A stretch of DNA of 64,000 nt from assembly GCA_046483495.1 (NCBI GenBank), contig JAWODC010000044.1, forward strand, positions 96,001 to 160,000. Direction: 5' to 3'. Under the pieces are notes generated by a model. The model saw nothing but the letters and a program-made list of their open reading frames with translations, had not been told where the DNA came from and ran no database searches. This document shows positions 1-9,923 of the stretch, one piece after another. The stretch's first letter is position 1, and every line of letters starts with the position of its first letter. This DNA is from Desulfobacterales bacterium. GTDB lineage: Bacteria; Desulfobacterota; Desulfobacteria; Desulfobacterales; UBA5616. The position numbers and the translations under genes were made by a program.

Positions 1-1151
1 TTGAATTCGGCGGCTTCCGTATCCGCCGTGCCGGTCATGCCCGCAAGCTTGTCATACATTCTAAAGTAATTTTGAAAGGTGATCGTGGCCAGTGTCTGGT
101 TTTCATTCTCTATTTTTACATTTTCCTTTGCCTCGAGAGCCTGGTGAAGCCCCTCGCTGTATCGTCGTCCCGGCATTAAACGGCCGGTAAACTCGTCGAC
201 AATAATCACCTCGCCGTTTTTTACGATGTAGTCGACATCCCTCTTGAAAAGGGTGTGGGCCTTAAGTGCCTGATTGATATGGTGAAGCAATTCGATGTGT
301 TTCTGGTCGTATAAATTATCCACCTGAAGCAGCTTTTCACACTTGGCAATGCCCTCTTCCGTCATGACGGAATTTCGGGCTTTTTCATCGATGGTGTAAT
401 CCTCGTCCCGGGTTAATTTGGGAATAACAGTATTCACCTGATAGTACAGGTGGGTCGATTTTTCGGCCGGACCCGATATGATCAAAGGCGTTCGCGCTTC
501 ATCGATCAGGATGCTGTCAACCTCGTCTACAATGGCGAAATTCAGCTCTTTCTGCACGATGGACTCATAGTTGAATTTCATGTTATCCCGGAGATAGTCA
601 AAACCGAATTCGTTGTTTGTGCCATAGGTAATTTCCGAATTGTATGCGTCCTTTCGTTCGGCATCGCTCATACCGTGCACGATGGTGCCCACTGAAAGCC
701 CCAAGAAACGGTAAATTTGGCCCATCCATTCCGTGTCTCTTCGGGCGAGGTAATCATTGACCGTTATGATGTGGACGCCTTTGCCGGTAAGAGCATTCAG
801 ATACGCCGGAAGGGTCGCGACCAGGGTCTTGCCCTCACCGGTTTTCATTTCAGCGATTTTCCCCTCGTGCAGAACGATGCCCCCGATAAGCTGGACATCG
901 AAATGTCGCATGTTCACGGTTCTGAGGGAAGCCTCACGCACGACGGCAAATGCTTCCGGAATAAGCTCATCCAGCGGTTGGCCGTTATTTATCCGCTGCT
1001 TGAAAATATTCGTCTGCCCTCTGAGTTCATCATCGGACATCTGTTTATAAGTGGATTCCAGATCATTAATCGATTGAATGACCGGCTGCAGTTTTTTCAG
1101 CTCCCGTTCGTTTTTGCTTCCAATAAGTGCTGTCAGTAATCTGGTTATCAT
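1..1151 (-). CDS. secA: Preprotein translocase subunit SecA (N-terminal part, runs off the window start)
   Basis: Not in the ORF track. Translated by hand from ATG 1151 (SD AGGAGG upstream): [21 protein letters not shown]...[29 protein letters not shown]...[15 protein letters not shown] motif ([11 protein letters not shown])...[21 protein letters not shown]. Confidence 0.98.
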   Translation of the reverse strand, partial: MITRLLTALIGSKNERELKKLQPVIQSINDLESTYKQMSDDELRGQTNIFKQRINNGQPLDELIPEAFAVVREASLRTVNMRHFDVQLIGGIVLHEGKIAEMKTGEGKTLVATLPAYLNALTGKGVHIITVNDYLARRDTEWMGQIYRFLGLSVGTIVHGMSDAERKDAYNSEITYGTNNEFGFDYLRDNMKFNYESIVQKELNFAIVDEVDSILIDEARTPLIISGPAEKSTHLYYQVNTVIPKLTRDEDYTIDEKARNSVMTEEGIAKCEKLLQVDNLYDQKHIELLHHINQALKAHTLFKRDVDYIVKNGEVIIVDEFTGRLMPGRRYSEGLHQALEAKENVKIENENQTLATITFQNYFRMYDKLAGMTGTADTEAAEF

Positions 1152-1246
1152 TTGTCGGAAAATCCTCCTGGTATTTATGCTCGCGCCCCCGGCATGTTTC
1201 CAAAGCGCCCCAAATGCTATTTTCTTTAACACTTGCGCGGTGAATC

Positions 1247-1259
1247 AATCAACAGGTTA
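1247..1259 (+). promoter_or_regulatory. Putative IHF-binding site
   Basis: AATCAACAGGTTA is an exact match to WATCAANNNNTTR, upstream of secA. Confidence 0.4.
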
Positions 1260-1357
1260 ATGACGACATGCCGAACGAACCGAGTCCGTCCGATAATGTG
1301 CCGCAACCGATGTATTGGATCAATTGAATGGGTTGGGAAAATTATTCCGGATGGAAT

Positions 1358-2290
1358 TTAATTGAGGATATATTTCTCAGGATTTACTTGAATACCATTT
1401 AACAAAACTTCGTAATGCAAATGGGAACCGGTGCTTCGCCCCGTATCCCCGACTTTTCCGATGATATCGCCCCGTTTGACCGCCTCGCCTCGTTTTTTGT
1501 TTATTTCGTCGAGATGAGCATAACGGGTAACCATACCGTACCCATGGTCAATAATGACCGTTTTGCCCAACGCCCATTTTTTCCCTGCAAAGCTGATCAC
1601 ACCGTCAGCCGATGCCTTGACATCGGAGCCTTTTCTCGCTGCAACATCCAAACCTTTATGGAACTCTTTTTGACCGGTAAACGGGCTGGTGCGGTAGCCG
1701 AATCGCGAAGATATCCATCCGTCGGCTGGAACGATGGACGGTGTTGCGGCCAGAAGATTCTGCCTTTCCCTGATGAGCCCGAACAACTGCTCAAGCGATT
1801 CCTGATGATGGGAGGTAAGCGTTTCCAGCTGATCCATCTGGACATGCATCTCCCGCAGCAGGGCGTTATTTCCGGAAGAAATGACGTTCCCGGCTTCCAG
1901 GTCTTCCGGCAGGGGTCCCCCCACTCCGAAAACCTCTTCCTGGTTGTCGCTTTCTTCCAGGTTGGCGATGATTTTTATCTTTTTTTCAAAATCATTCAAC
2001 GTCACGAGTTCGGCTTTTATTTCGTTGATTCTTTGGGCGAACAGATCGATCTGGCTTTTTTGGTGCTCGATATTTTCGTTCTGTCGAGTAACGATTTCTT
2101 CAAGATTCCCATTATGGATGTCACTGGATTTTAAACGAATATAATCCAAGAAAACCGCACCGGAAAAAAACAGGAAAAACAGAAGGAAAAAACCGACGAA
2201 GGTGACCAGCCGACCCGAAGCGACGATTTGCCGCACCTTGGTTCCCTTGTGATGCAAAACGAGAATGGTGAACCGTTTGTGTTTATGCAT
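1358..2290 (-). CDS. M23 family metallopeptidase (membrane anchor plus coiled coil)
   Basis: HKGLD and STGSHLHYEV M23 zinc motifs and an N-terminal TM segment. Start could alternatively be 2314. Confidence 0.93.
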   Translation of the reverse strand: MHKHKRFTILVLHHKGTKVRQIVASGRLVTFVGFFLLFFLFFSGAVFLDYIRLKSSDIHNGNLEEIVTRQNENIEHQKSQIDLFAQRINEIKAELVTLNDFEKKIKIIANLEESDNQEEVFGVGGPLPEDLEAGNVISSGNNALLREMHVQMDQLETLTSHHQESLEQLFGLIRERQNLLAATPSIVPADGWISSRFGYRTSPFTGQKEFHKGLDVAARKGSDVKASADGVISFAGKKWALGKTVIIDHGYGMVTRYAHLDEINKKRGEAVKRGDIIGKVGDTGRSTGSHLHYEVLLNGIQVNPEKYILN

Positions 2291-2366
2291 TTCATCAACC
2301 CCGAATGCGCTCATACCAAACGAAATCCCGCTCGATCCGTTTTAAACCATATCCGCTGTTCTGGTA

Positions 2367-2379
2367 TAAACAGTTGATT
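2367..2379 (-). promoter_or_regulatory. Putative IHF-binding site
   Basis: TAAACAGTTGATT is the reverse complement of a WATCAANNNNTTR match. Confidence 0.4.
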
Positions 2380-2440
2380 TTTAACACAGGGATGGAAATG
2401 GTGTCAAGACCTTAGGCCGTTTCGGCCGGAATGGGATCGG

Positions 2441-2479
2441 GCCGACGGGATGATCGTATGCGCCATCCATCCCGTCGGC
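2441..2479. terminator. 12-bp inverted repeat downstream of folD (hairpin, no clear U-tract)
   Basis: GCCGACGGGATG...CATCCCGTCGGC. Confidence 0.45.
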
Positions 2480-2533
2480 GTTATAGGAATCAGGGGAACC
2501 CGGTGACCGCCATTTAATAAACGGCATATGACA

Positions 2534-3442
2534 TTATTGGATGCCCAGCTTGAACTTAAGGGAGTTCAAGGTGTTTTTCATCAGCATGGTAATGGTCATC
2601 GGTCCAACGCCGCCCGGAACGGGGGTGATATAACCGGCGATTTCCTTGGCCGTGTCAAAATCGACATCTCCTCTCAAAATGGCGACTTTTTTGCCGGTTT
2701 TTTCACTTATTTTTTCTCCCACGCGATTGACGCCCACATCGACGACGCATGCGCCGGGTTTAATCCATTCGGGCTTGACGAGGTTTGGGACTCCGGCCGC
2801 CACGATGAGAATATCCGCACGTTTGCAGTGTTCGGCCATATCCTTGGTACGGGTATGAACGACCGTCACCGTGGAGTTGGCCCCGGGGCCTTTTTGCAGC
2901 ATCATATTGGCAATCGGTTTGCCGACGATATTGGAACGCCCGACGACTACCACCTCAGCGCCGCTGGTTTCAACACCCGCCCTGACGATCATCTCCTGGA
3001 TACCGGCAGGCGTACAGGGCGGAAACCTTACTTCACTTCCGCCGATCATGAGTCTCCCCACATTCACAGGGTGGAATCCATCCACATCCTTGTCCGGATC
3101 GATGGCGTTCAACACCTTTTTTTCATCGATGTGTTTGGGAAGGGGAAGCTGCACCAAAATGCCGTGAATGGCATCATCCTTATTGTACTTGTCAATCAGC
3201 GCAAGGAGAGCCTCCTCTGAAATGTCCGGGCTTTGATTATCCTGAATCTCATGGAACCCGACCCGGTGCGCGGTTTTAATTTTCAGGGTTACGTAAGAAA
3301 CAGAAGCGGGATTTTCACCCACCAGAATGGTGACCAACCCCGGAACCACGCCGTGCTTTTCTTTGATCTGCGACACTTCTTCCGTGATTTCATTCAGGAT
3401 TTCCTCCCGAATGTCCGTACCTTTAATTAATTTCGCCGTCAT
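2534..3442 (-). CDS. folD: Methylenetetrahydrofolate dehydrogenase/methenyl-THF cyclohydrolase
   Basis: HGILVQLPLP, KDVDGFHP, PCTPAG, GRSNIVGKP and ITPVPGGVGPMT motifs. Confidence 0.98.
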   Translation of the reverse strand: MTAKLIKGTDIREEILNEITEEVSQIKEKHGVVPGLVTILVGENPASVSYVTLKIKTAHRVGFHEIQDNQSPDISEEALLALIDKYNKDDAIHGILVQLPLPKHIDEKKVLNAIDPDKDVDGFHPVNVGRLMIGGSEVRFPPCTPAGIQEMIVRAGVETSGAEVVVVGRSNIVGKPIANMMLQKGPGANSTVTVVHTRTKDMAEHCKRADILIVAAGVPNLVKPEWIKPGACVVDVGVNRVGEKISEKTGKKVAILRGDVDFDTAKEIAGYITPVPGGVGPMTITMLMKNTLNSLKFKLGIQ

Positions 3443-3554
3443 GTTTGTCTCCTTTCGCGTACATGGTCAAAAAAGCTTTTTCGAATAAGCCAAAAAGAAA
3501 ATACAGGCAACAAAAAAATCGAAATCCGGCCGACCTTTGCGGCCATGAAGATGC

Positions 3555-4592
3555 CTACAATGGATACGGCACCTGGTGCAGACCGGTGGCCTGATCCATG
3601 CCCATCATAATATTCATATTTTGCACCGCCTGCCCGGAAGCCCCTTTTACCAGATTGTCGATGGCTGAAACCAGCACCGCCCGCCTGCTCCGCTTATCCA
3701 CATGGAATCCGATATCACAAAAATTGGTCCCTCTGACATGCAGTGTGTTCGGCATTCGGCCCTCCGGGCAGAGCCGAATGAACGGCTGGGCTTCGAAATG
3801 AGAACGAAAGCATTGTCCGATATCCGCTTCACTCACGCCCTCCTGCAGCCCGACATACGTGGTCGTCAGCATGCCGCGGGTCATCGGCACCAGATGGGGT
3901 ACGAACGTAATGTGAATCGGCACACCCGCTTCGCGTTCCAGGACCTCCTCTATTTCAGGCGCATGGCGATGTTCGCCGACTTTGTAAGGCTTAAACGATT
4001 CGTTCACTTCACAAAAGTGGGAAGTGGGCGACAAGGAGCGCCCCGCCCCGCTCACGCCGGATTTGGAATCGGAAACAATGGTGTTTTCCACGATCAAGCT
4101 TTCTCTTATCAAGGGAATCAGCGGCAAAAGGATACTGGTGGGATAACATCCGGGATTTCCGACAAGCCGGGCCGGCCTGATGCTGTCGATGTACAGTTCA
4201 CTCAATCCGTATACCGCCTGTTTCAGAAGATCCGGAGCCGCATGCGGCTGGTAATAAGTTTCGTAACGTTCGATGTCCGAAAACCTGAAGTCGGCGGATA
4301 GATCGACAACCTTTATGCCGTTTTCGATCAAGGCCGGCACGATTTCCATGGGAACCTTATGCGGCAGGGCCGTAAAAATCAAATCCGCCGCAGAGCACAG
4401 CCGGTCAAGCAACATATCTTCACACACAAGGTCTATCACACCCGCCATAGCCGGATAGATATCACTGAATTTTTTTCCCGCATACTGCCGGGATGTAATG
4501 ATGCTTAATGCCGCTTCAGGATGGCCGGCCAGTATTCTGACAAGTTCCGCACCGGCATATCCGTTTGCTCCGACAACACCGACTCTGATCAT
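3555..4592 (-). CDS. argC: N-acetyl-gamma-glutamyl-phosphate reductase
   Basis: MIRVGVVGANGYAG, DLSADFR, NPGCYPT, SGVSGAGR and IDNLVKGASGQAVQNMN. Start trimmed to ATG 4592 after SD AGGAGG. Confidence 0.97.
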   Translation of the reverse strand: MIRVGVVGANGYAGAELVRILAGHPEAALSIITSRQYAGKKFSDIYPAMAGVIDLVCEDMLLDRLCSAADLIFTALPHKVPMEIVPALIENGIKVVDLSADFRFSDIERYETYYQPHAAPDLLKQAVYGLSELYIDSIRPARLVGNPGCYPTSILLPLIPLIRESLIVENTIVSDSKSGVSGAGRSLSPTSHFCEVNESFKPYKVGEHRHAPEIEEVLEREAGVPIHITFVPHLVPMTRGMLTTTYVGLQEGVSEADIGQCFRSHFEAQPFIRLCPEGRMPNTLHVRGTNFCDIGFHVDKRSRRAVLVSAIDNLVKGASGQAVQNMNIMMGMDQATGLHQVPYPL

Positions 4593-4843
4593 ATATCCTC
4601 CTTGGTGCCCGTCCGGAAACGAGAAAATTTCAGGTAAAGGCGATGAAAAATGACCGCCCGGCATGTCAAGGATTTCCGGCCGACGCAGAAACGGCAACCT
4701 CTTTCCGGATAGGCACTTTTTAACGCAGCAGCTTCCCGTGCGATTTTCACCCGCCGTTTGGGCATCCGTTTTTAATGACGGGGTTGCCGCCGTATTTTCT
4801 TGCACTACGGCGAAATTTTTTACCTACCAGATCCAACGTTCAT

Positions 4844-4856
4844 TATCAAGCAGTTG
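4844..4856 (+). promoter_or_regulatory. Putative IHF-binding site in the argC/TRAP divergent region
   Basis: TATCAAGCAGTTG is an exact match to WATCAANNNNTTR. Confidence 0.4.
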
Positions 4857-4982
4857 AATGATTTAAATGGATCAGTGTCTTATCTTCGATTCGCAGACGG
4901 AATCTATTGACAATGTCCCTTTAAAAATAATAGGTAATGAGTCCAGCAATATCCTACCAACCAACGTCGCAAGGAGAAAAGC

Positions 4983-6017
4983 ATGAAACGATTCGCTGTC
5001 GCAGCACTGATGCTCTTTTTTTCCACCGCCGTTTTGACGGCCTGGCCGGCCTCGGCATCCGCAGAAACGGTGAACCTGACTTACAGCATCTTTTTCCCGT
5101 CCACTCACGGCCAATGCGAAGCCGGAGTCGCCTGGGCTGAGGAAATCGAAAATCGATCGGACGGAAAAGTAAAAATTACCGTTTTTCCGGGCGGAACACT
5201 TACCAAAGCAAACCAAACCTTTGACGGCGTCGTCAATGGAATTACGGACATCGGAATGTCCTGCTTCGCCTATACGAGAGGCAGGTTCCCGGTGATGGAG
5301 GCCCTTGACCTTCCCTTAGGATACTCGAGTGGAACCGTAGCCACCCGTGTCGCCAACGAATTCTTCCAAATGAACAGTCCTCAGGAGTTGGATAATGTCA
5401 AAGTGCTGTACTTGCATGCCCATGGACCCGGACTGTTGCATACCCGCAAGCCGGTGAGAACGCTCACCGATATCCAAAAGATGAAAATACGCTCGACGGG
5501 ATTGAGCGCAAAAGTCGTGGAAGCTCTCGGCGGTGTGCCGGTGGCCATGGACCAGGGCGCCACCTACGAAGCGCTGCAAAAAGGAGTGGTCGAAGGGACG
5601 TTCGGGCCGATCGAAGTGCTCAAAGGATGGCGACAGGCCGAAGTGATTTCTCATACCACGGATTGCCACTCGATTGGATACACGACCACGATGTTCGTCG
5701 TGATGAACACATCGAAATGGAATGCACTGCCGGACGACTTAAAAAAGGTTTTTGAAGACGTGAGCAGCGAGTGGATCGCGGTCCATGGCAGCACTTGGGA
5801 TGAGGTTGATGAAGCCGGACGGCAGTACACACTGAGCCGCGGCAATGAAATCATTTCCCTCGACCCGGAGGAGCAAAACAAATGGAGGCGCGCGGTCCAG
5901 CCGGTGATTGCGGAATATGTCGAATCCGCTGCGGCAAAGGGAATTCCGGGGCAAAAATACGTAGACGATATCACCGGCCTGATTTCGACAATCACCCCGA
6001 ATTCCGAAGGAGAATAA
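4983..6017 (+). CDS. TRAP transporter substrate-binding protein (DctP family)
   Basis: Signal peptide, MKIRS motif, YEALQKGVVEG; followed by small and large TRAP permeases. Confidence 0.93.
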   Translation: MKRFAVAALMLFFSTAVLTAWPASASAETVNLTYSIFFPSTHGQCEAGVAWAEEIENRSDGKVKITVFPGGTLTKANQTFDGVVNGITDIGMSCFAYTRGRFPVMEALDLPLGYSSGTVATRVANEFFQMNSPQELDNVKVLYLHAHGPGLLHTRKPVRTLTDIQKMKIRSTGLSAKVVEALGGVPVAMDQGATYEALQKGVVEGTFGPIEVLKGWRQAEVISHTTDCHSIGYTTTMFVVMNTSKWNALPDDLKKVFEDVSSEWIAVHGSTWDEVDEAGRQYTLSRGNEIISLDPEEQNKWRRAVQPVIAEYVESAAAKGIPGQKYVDDITGLISTITPNSEGE

Positions 6018-6018
6018 G

Positions 6019-6510
6019 TTGCTCGAAGAATCGGACCGGTGGATTGCAAAAACGGCATCTGCATTCAATCTGATGGCGGCTGCATGTGTGGCCGCCATGA
6101 TGGTGTTGACCTGTGCCGATGTTTTTCTGAGGCTTTTTCGCCGTCCCATTACCGGAACTTACGAACTGGTCGGATTTCTGGGCGCCCTTTTCGTTTCATT
6201 TTCGCTGGCCAACACCTCCGTACTGCGGGGACACATCGCCGTCAATTTCCTGGTTCAGCGGTTTTCACCCCGCACACGAGGCATGGTAATGCTTGTCAAC
6301 GACCTCATTGCCGCCATACTGTTTTTCCTGGTGACCTGGCAGTTCTTCGTGTATTCCCGGAGCCTGAAAGCGGCCGGTGAGGTTTCCATGACCCTACAGA
6401 TACCCGTTTACCCGATCGCCTGCGGCGTCGGTTTTGGAAGCGGACTTTTGTTTGTCGTGCTGTTTTTACGGTTTCTTAAATCATTCATCCTGTACGTTAA
6501 ATCCGATTAG
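6019..6510 (+). CDS. TRAP transporter small permease (DctQ)
   Basis: Four hydrophobic segments, DVFLR and GHIAVN motifs; TTG start. Confidence 0.9.
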   Translation: MLEESDRWIAKTASAFNLMAAACVAAMMVLTCADVFLRLFRRPITGTYELVGFLGALFVSFSLANTSVLRGHIAVNFLVQRFSPRTRGMVMLVNDLIAAILFFLVTWQFFVYSRSLKAAGEVSMTLQIPVYPIACGVGFGSGLLFVVLFLRFLKSFILYVKSD

Positions 6511-6529
6511 AAAAGAAGGACAATTGTGA

Positions 6530-7831
6530 ATGGCACCGACAACGGTGGGTATCCTGGGTTTATGCTGTCTATTCATCTTCATCTTCTCCAACATGCCGGT
6601 AGCATTCGTCATGGCCGGCCTCGGCTTTCTCGGTTTCGGGTATCTCGTTTCATACGATGCGGCAATGAACCTTCTCGTGGTCGACTTGTTCGAGGTATTC
6701 GGATCCTACAATCTCACAGTCATTCCGCTGTTTATTTTGATGGGGCAGATTGCGTTTCATTCCGGCATCAGCAGCCGGCTTTTTGCCACCGCCTATAAAT
6801 TTATCGGTCATTGGCCCGGCGGCGTCGCCATCGCCACGGTCGGGGCCTGCACCGGATTTTCCGCCATCAGCGGATCGACGAATGCCACGGCGGCGACAAT
6901 GGCAGCCGTGGCGTTGCCTGAAATGCGAAAATACGGCTACGATGACAAACTTGCCACGGGTGTCGTAGCCGCCGGCGGCAGTATGGGAATCCTTATTCCG
7001 CCGAGTGTTATTTTTATTATTTACGGAATCATGACAGAACAGTCCATCGGTAAGCTTTTCATGGCCGGAATTGTTCCGGGGCTGATGCTGGCGCTTCTTT
7101 TTATTTTGGCTGTCGTTATTTGGACGACAATTCACCCGGATCTGGCGCCGAGGGGCCCAAAAGCCGGATTCCGGGAAAAGTTCCGGTCCCTTTTTGGACT
7201 CATCGAAACGATCATTTTGTTTTTTATTGTCATGGGCGGACTGTTCATGGGCATTTTTACACCCACCGAAGCAGGGGCGATCGGTGCCTTCGGTGCGCTT
7301 CTTATCGCCGTATTCCGACGCAACCTCCCTTTCCATAAATTCCTGACCGCCCTGTACGAGACAACCCGGCTTTCCTGCATGATTCTGGTGATTGTCGCCG
7401 GGGCCACCATTTTCGGTCATTTTCTGGCCGTTACCCGAATTCCGTTCGACATAGCCAACTGGGTCGTCGGATTCGATCTGCCCACCTGGGCGATCATGGG
7501 AATGATTATTTCGGTCTACCTGGTCGGCGGATGCTTTATCGATGCACTTGCCCTGATTATGCTGACGGTCCCGATTTTTTACCCGGTCGTCAATACCCTC
7601 GGCTATGATCCCATGTGGTTCGGCGTCATCATCGTCCTGGTCACCCAAATCGGCGTCATTACACCACCGGTCGGGGTGAATGTCTACGTTGTCAGCGGGG
7701 TGGCCTACGATGTTCCCCTGCACGTCATTTTTAAAGGCGTATTTCCATTTTTATTGGCATTGATCTTTGGAACCATGCTATTAATTCCCATACCCCAAAT
7801 CGCGTTGTTTTTACCTGGGTTGATGCAGTAA
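6530..7831 (+). CDS. TRAP transporter large permease (DctM)
   Basis: IPLFILMG, GILIPPS, FTPTEAG and ITPPVG motifs. Confidence 0.96.
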   Translation: MAPTTVGILGLCCLFIFIFSNMPVAFVMAGLGFLGFGYLVSYDAAMNLLVVDLFEVFGSYNLTVIPLFILMGQIAFHSGISSRLFATAYKFIGHWPGGVAIATVGACTGFSAISGSTNATAATMAAVALPEMRKYGYDDKLATGVVAAGGSMGILIPPSVIFIIYGIMTEQSIGKLFMAGIVPGLMLALLFILAVVIWTTIHPDLAPRGPKAGFREKFRSLFGLIETIILFFIVMGGLFMGIFTPTEAGAIGAFGALLIAVFRRNLPFHKFLTALYETTRLSCMILVIVAGATIFGHFLAVTRIPFDIANWVVGFDLPTWAIMGMIISVYLVGGCFIDALALIMLTVPIFYPVVNTLGYDPMWFGVIIVLVTQIGVITPPVGVNVYVVSGVAYDVPLHVIFKGVFPFLLALIFGTMLLIPIPQIALFLPGLMQ

Positions 7832-7867
7832 AAACCAAAATCACCCCATACGTCGTCAGGAGGAAAC

Positions 7868-8467
7868 ATGGCAGAACCGGTTGCCGTTTCAATTGAGGGC
7901 CATATCGCGGATATGCGGTTCAACAGTCCCGAAAAATACAATTTCCAGCATGCTGCCTATGGCTGGAAGCAATTGCCCGTGCCGGTCATTGCAGCCGTTC
8001 ACGGCATAGCATTCGGCGGCGGATGCCAAATCGCACTGGGCGCGGATATTCGCTTTTCCACGCCGGACGCCAAATTTTCCATCATGGAGATGAAATGGGG
8101 CCTGATTCCGGATATGTCTGCGTCACAAACCATTCGAGATCTGGTTCCCATCGATGTGGCAAAGGAATTGATTTTTACCGGCAAAATCCTCAGCGGAGAA
8201 GAAGCTGCCGCTCTTCATCTTGTCACCCGGACGTGTGAAGACCCGCATGGCCAAGCCATGAAGCCGGCGGGCGAAATCGCAATCAAGAATCCACATGCCG
8301 TCCGAGCCGCCAAAAAACTGCTGAATGATGTCTGGCACGACGATGCGGCCCGAGGACTCATGATGGAGTCCGAAGTCGAAATGACGCTTGCCGGCACCCC
8401 TAATCAACTCGAGGCTATCGCCGCCGATTTCGCCAAACGATCCCCGGTTTTCAAAGACCTGGAATAA
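7868..8467 (+). pseudogene. Crotonase/enoyl-CoA hydratase family gene with an apparent in-frame internal deletion
   Basis: PVIAAVHGIAFGGG and EMKWGLIPDM are present, but PEKYN runs straight into FQHAAYGW. The segment carrying the F(C/S)AGxD motif is absent; the ORF is only 199 aa. Confidence 0.6.
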
Positions 8468-8481
8468 CAGCATCTATTTCC

Positions 8482-9171
8482 ATGCATATCGAACTCAAGG
8501 AAATCACATTTAAGCACCACAAAACGACATCACCGGTATTCGAAAATGTATCCCACCGCATCCGGGGACCGGGATTTCACGCCCTCTTCGGACCATCCGG
8601 TGTCGGGAAAACAACACTGGCTAAAATTATCGCCGATGAAGTCCGTTATGCCGGTCATGTAGCCGGAAACCGCATCGAACGAATTTTATACACCTACAAT
8701 CTTGAACGCCTCCCCAATTGGTCATCCATCCGCATGATTCTAAGCAACGTTACGCCGACCGAAAAAAAAGATGCTCTAAGCGATATCGTCGATACGTTCG
8801 GACTCGGACCGGTAATGGGTTCCCGGTATTCTCAATTATCCCTGGGTCAACAGAATCGGGCCAATTTGACCCGATATCTCGTCCAGGACTACGACATGCT
8901 GATCATGGACGAGAGCCTTGCCAACGTGGATGAAAAAACAAAAGAAGCGATCATTTTAAAGATCAAAAACCGCCTTTCGGAAAAGTTATTTTTATACATT
9001 TCGCACAACGTGGCGGAGGTCTCCAAGTTCTGCAAAGAAATTTTCGTCCTGAGGCGTCCGGAAAAGCGCCCCAGGATCGTGTCCCTTCCGGGCTTCGACT
9101 ACACCGGAGAAGAAAAGCCGGACCCCTCGGCGCTAAACCGGATCATGCTGGAGATCATGAATGCTCTATAA
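8482..9171 (+). CDS. ABC transporter ATP-binding protein
   Basis: Walker A GPSGVGKT, signature LSLGQ, Walker B LIMDE, ISH switch. Confidence 0.9.
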   Translation: MHIELKEITFKHHKTTSPVFENVSHRIRGPGFHALFGPSGVGKTTLAKIIADEVRYAGHVAGNRIERILYTYNLERLPNWSSIRMILSNVTPTEKKDALSDIVDTFGLGPVMGSRYSQLSLGQQNRANLTRYLVQDYDMLIMDESLANVDEKTKEAIILKIKNRLSEKLFLYISHNVAEVSKFCKEIFVLRRPEKRPRIVSLPGFDYTGEEKPDPSALNRIMLEIMNAL

Positions 9172-9922
9172 GCGGCTCTATCAGTTTTTCATCGTATATC
9201 TGCTCGGCTTGTCCGGGCTTTTTCTGTTCAAGTATGCGTTGGATTTATCGGATTACGTCATCCCTTCACCGGCGGACGTATTGGAGACGGCCCGCTCTTA
9301 TTTTTTCGGTTTTCTTCTTGCCGTATTGAATACCCTTTCCGTTGCGATTATCGGCCATATCATTTCCATTATACTGGCCGCCTTGGTCGCTGTTTTCGCC
9401 ACACTGACAAACTGGATCGGCTCGTTTATCAAAACCGGCGCTTATAACATTCAAGCCTACCCCATCGTTGCGGTCGCCCCCATTATTTTCATCCTGTTCG
9501 GGGACGGCATGACATCCCGTTTGCTCATTACGGTGATGATCTGCTACTTTCCGATTCTGCTGTCCTTTATCGGCATCTTTTCCGAACCGATCGAAAACAT
9601 CGAACATTTTTATGCCGTCACGGGTCGCCTCACATTCAGATTTCAATTCAAAATCCGAATTTTTGAAAATATATCCAAGCTCGTTACGGTCATTTCGGGC
9701 AGCGCAACCGTTGCCATGGTCGGAACCATCGTAGCGGAATTCATTGCCGCAGACGCCGGAATCGGGTATCGGATTCGCATCGCTTTATATCAAAGCAACC
9801 TCTCAAAAATTTTAACCGCCCTTTTCCTGATCGGCATCTGCACATCCCTTTACCTGCTCCTGCTGGAATACGGAGGGCTTGTGATTAAGCGAAAATGGCT
9901 CGCGACTACGGAGGACGCCTGA
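9161..9922 (+). CDS. ABC transporter permease (SsuC/TauC-like)
   Basis: YVIPSP, PIVAVAP and IVAEFIAADAGIG motifs; hydrophobic. Confidence 0.9.
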   Translation: MLYKRLYQFFIVYLLGLSGLFLFKYALDLSDYVIPSPADVLETARSYFFGFLLAVLNTLSVAIIGHIISIILAALVAVFATLTNWIGSFIKTGAYNIQAYPIVAVAPIIFILFGDGMTSRLLITVMICYFPILLSFIGIFSEPIENIEHFYAVTGRLTFRFQFKIRIFENISKLVTVISGSATVAMVGTIVAEFIAADAGIGYRIRIALYQSNLSKILTALFLIGICTSLYLLLLEYGGLVIKRKWLATTEDA

Positions 9923-9923
9923 G

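Noticed and set aside
4593..4805. N-terminal extension of argC (likewise for ispD, the HdrF-like gene, MoaD and the FrhB-like gene)
   Set aside because: Family homology begins at downstream starts, several with clear SD sequences; the extensions are longest-ORF artefacts.
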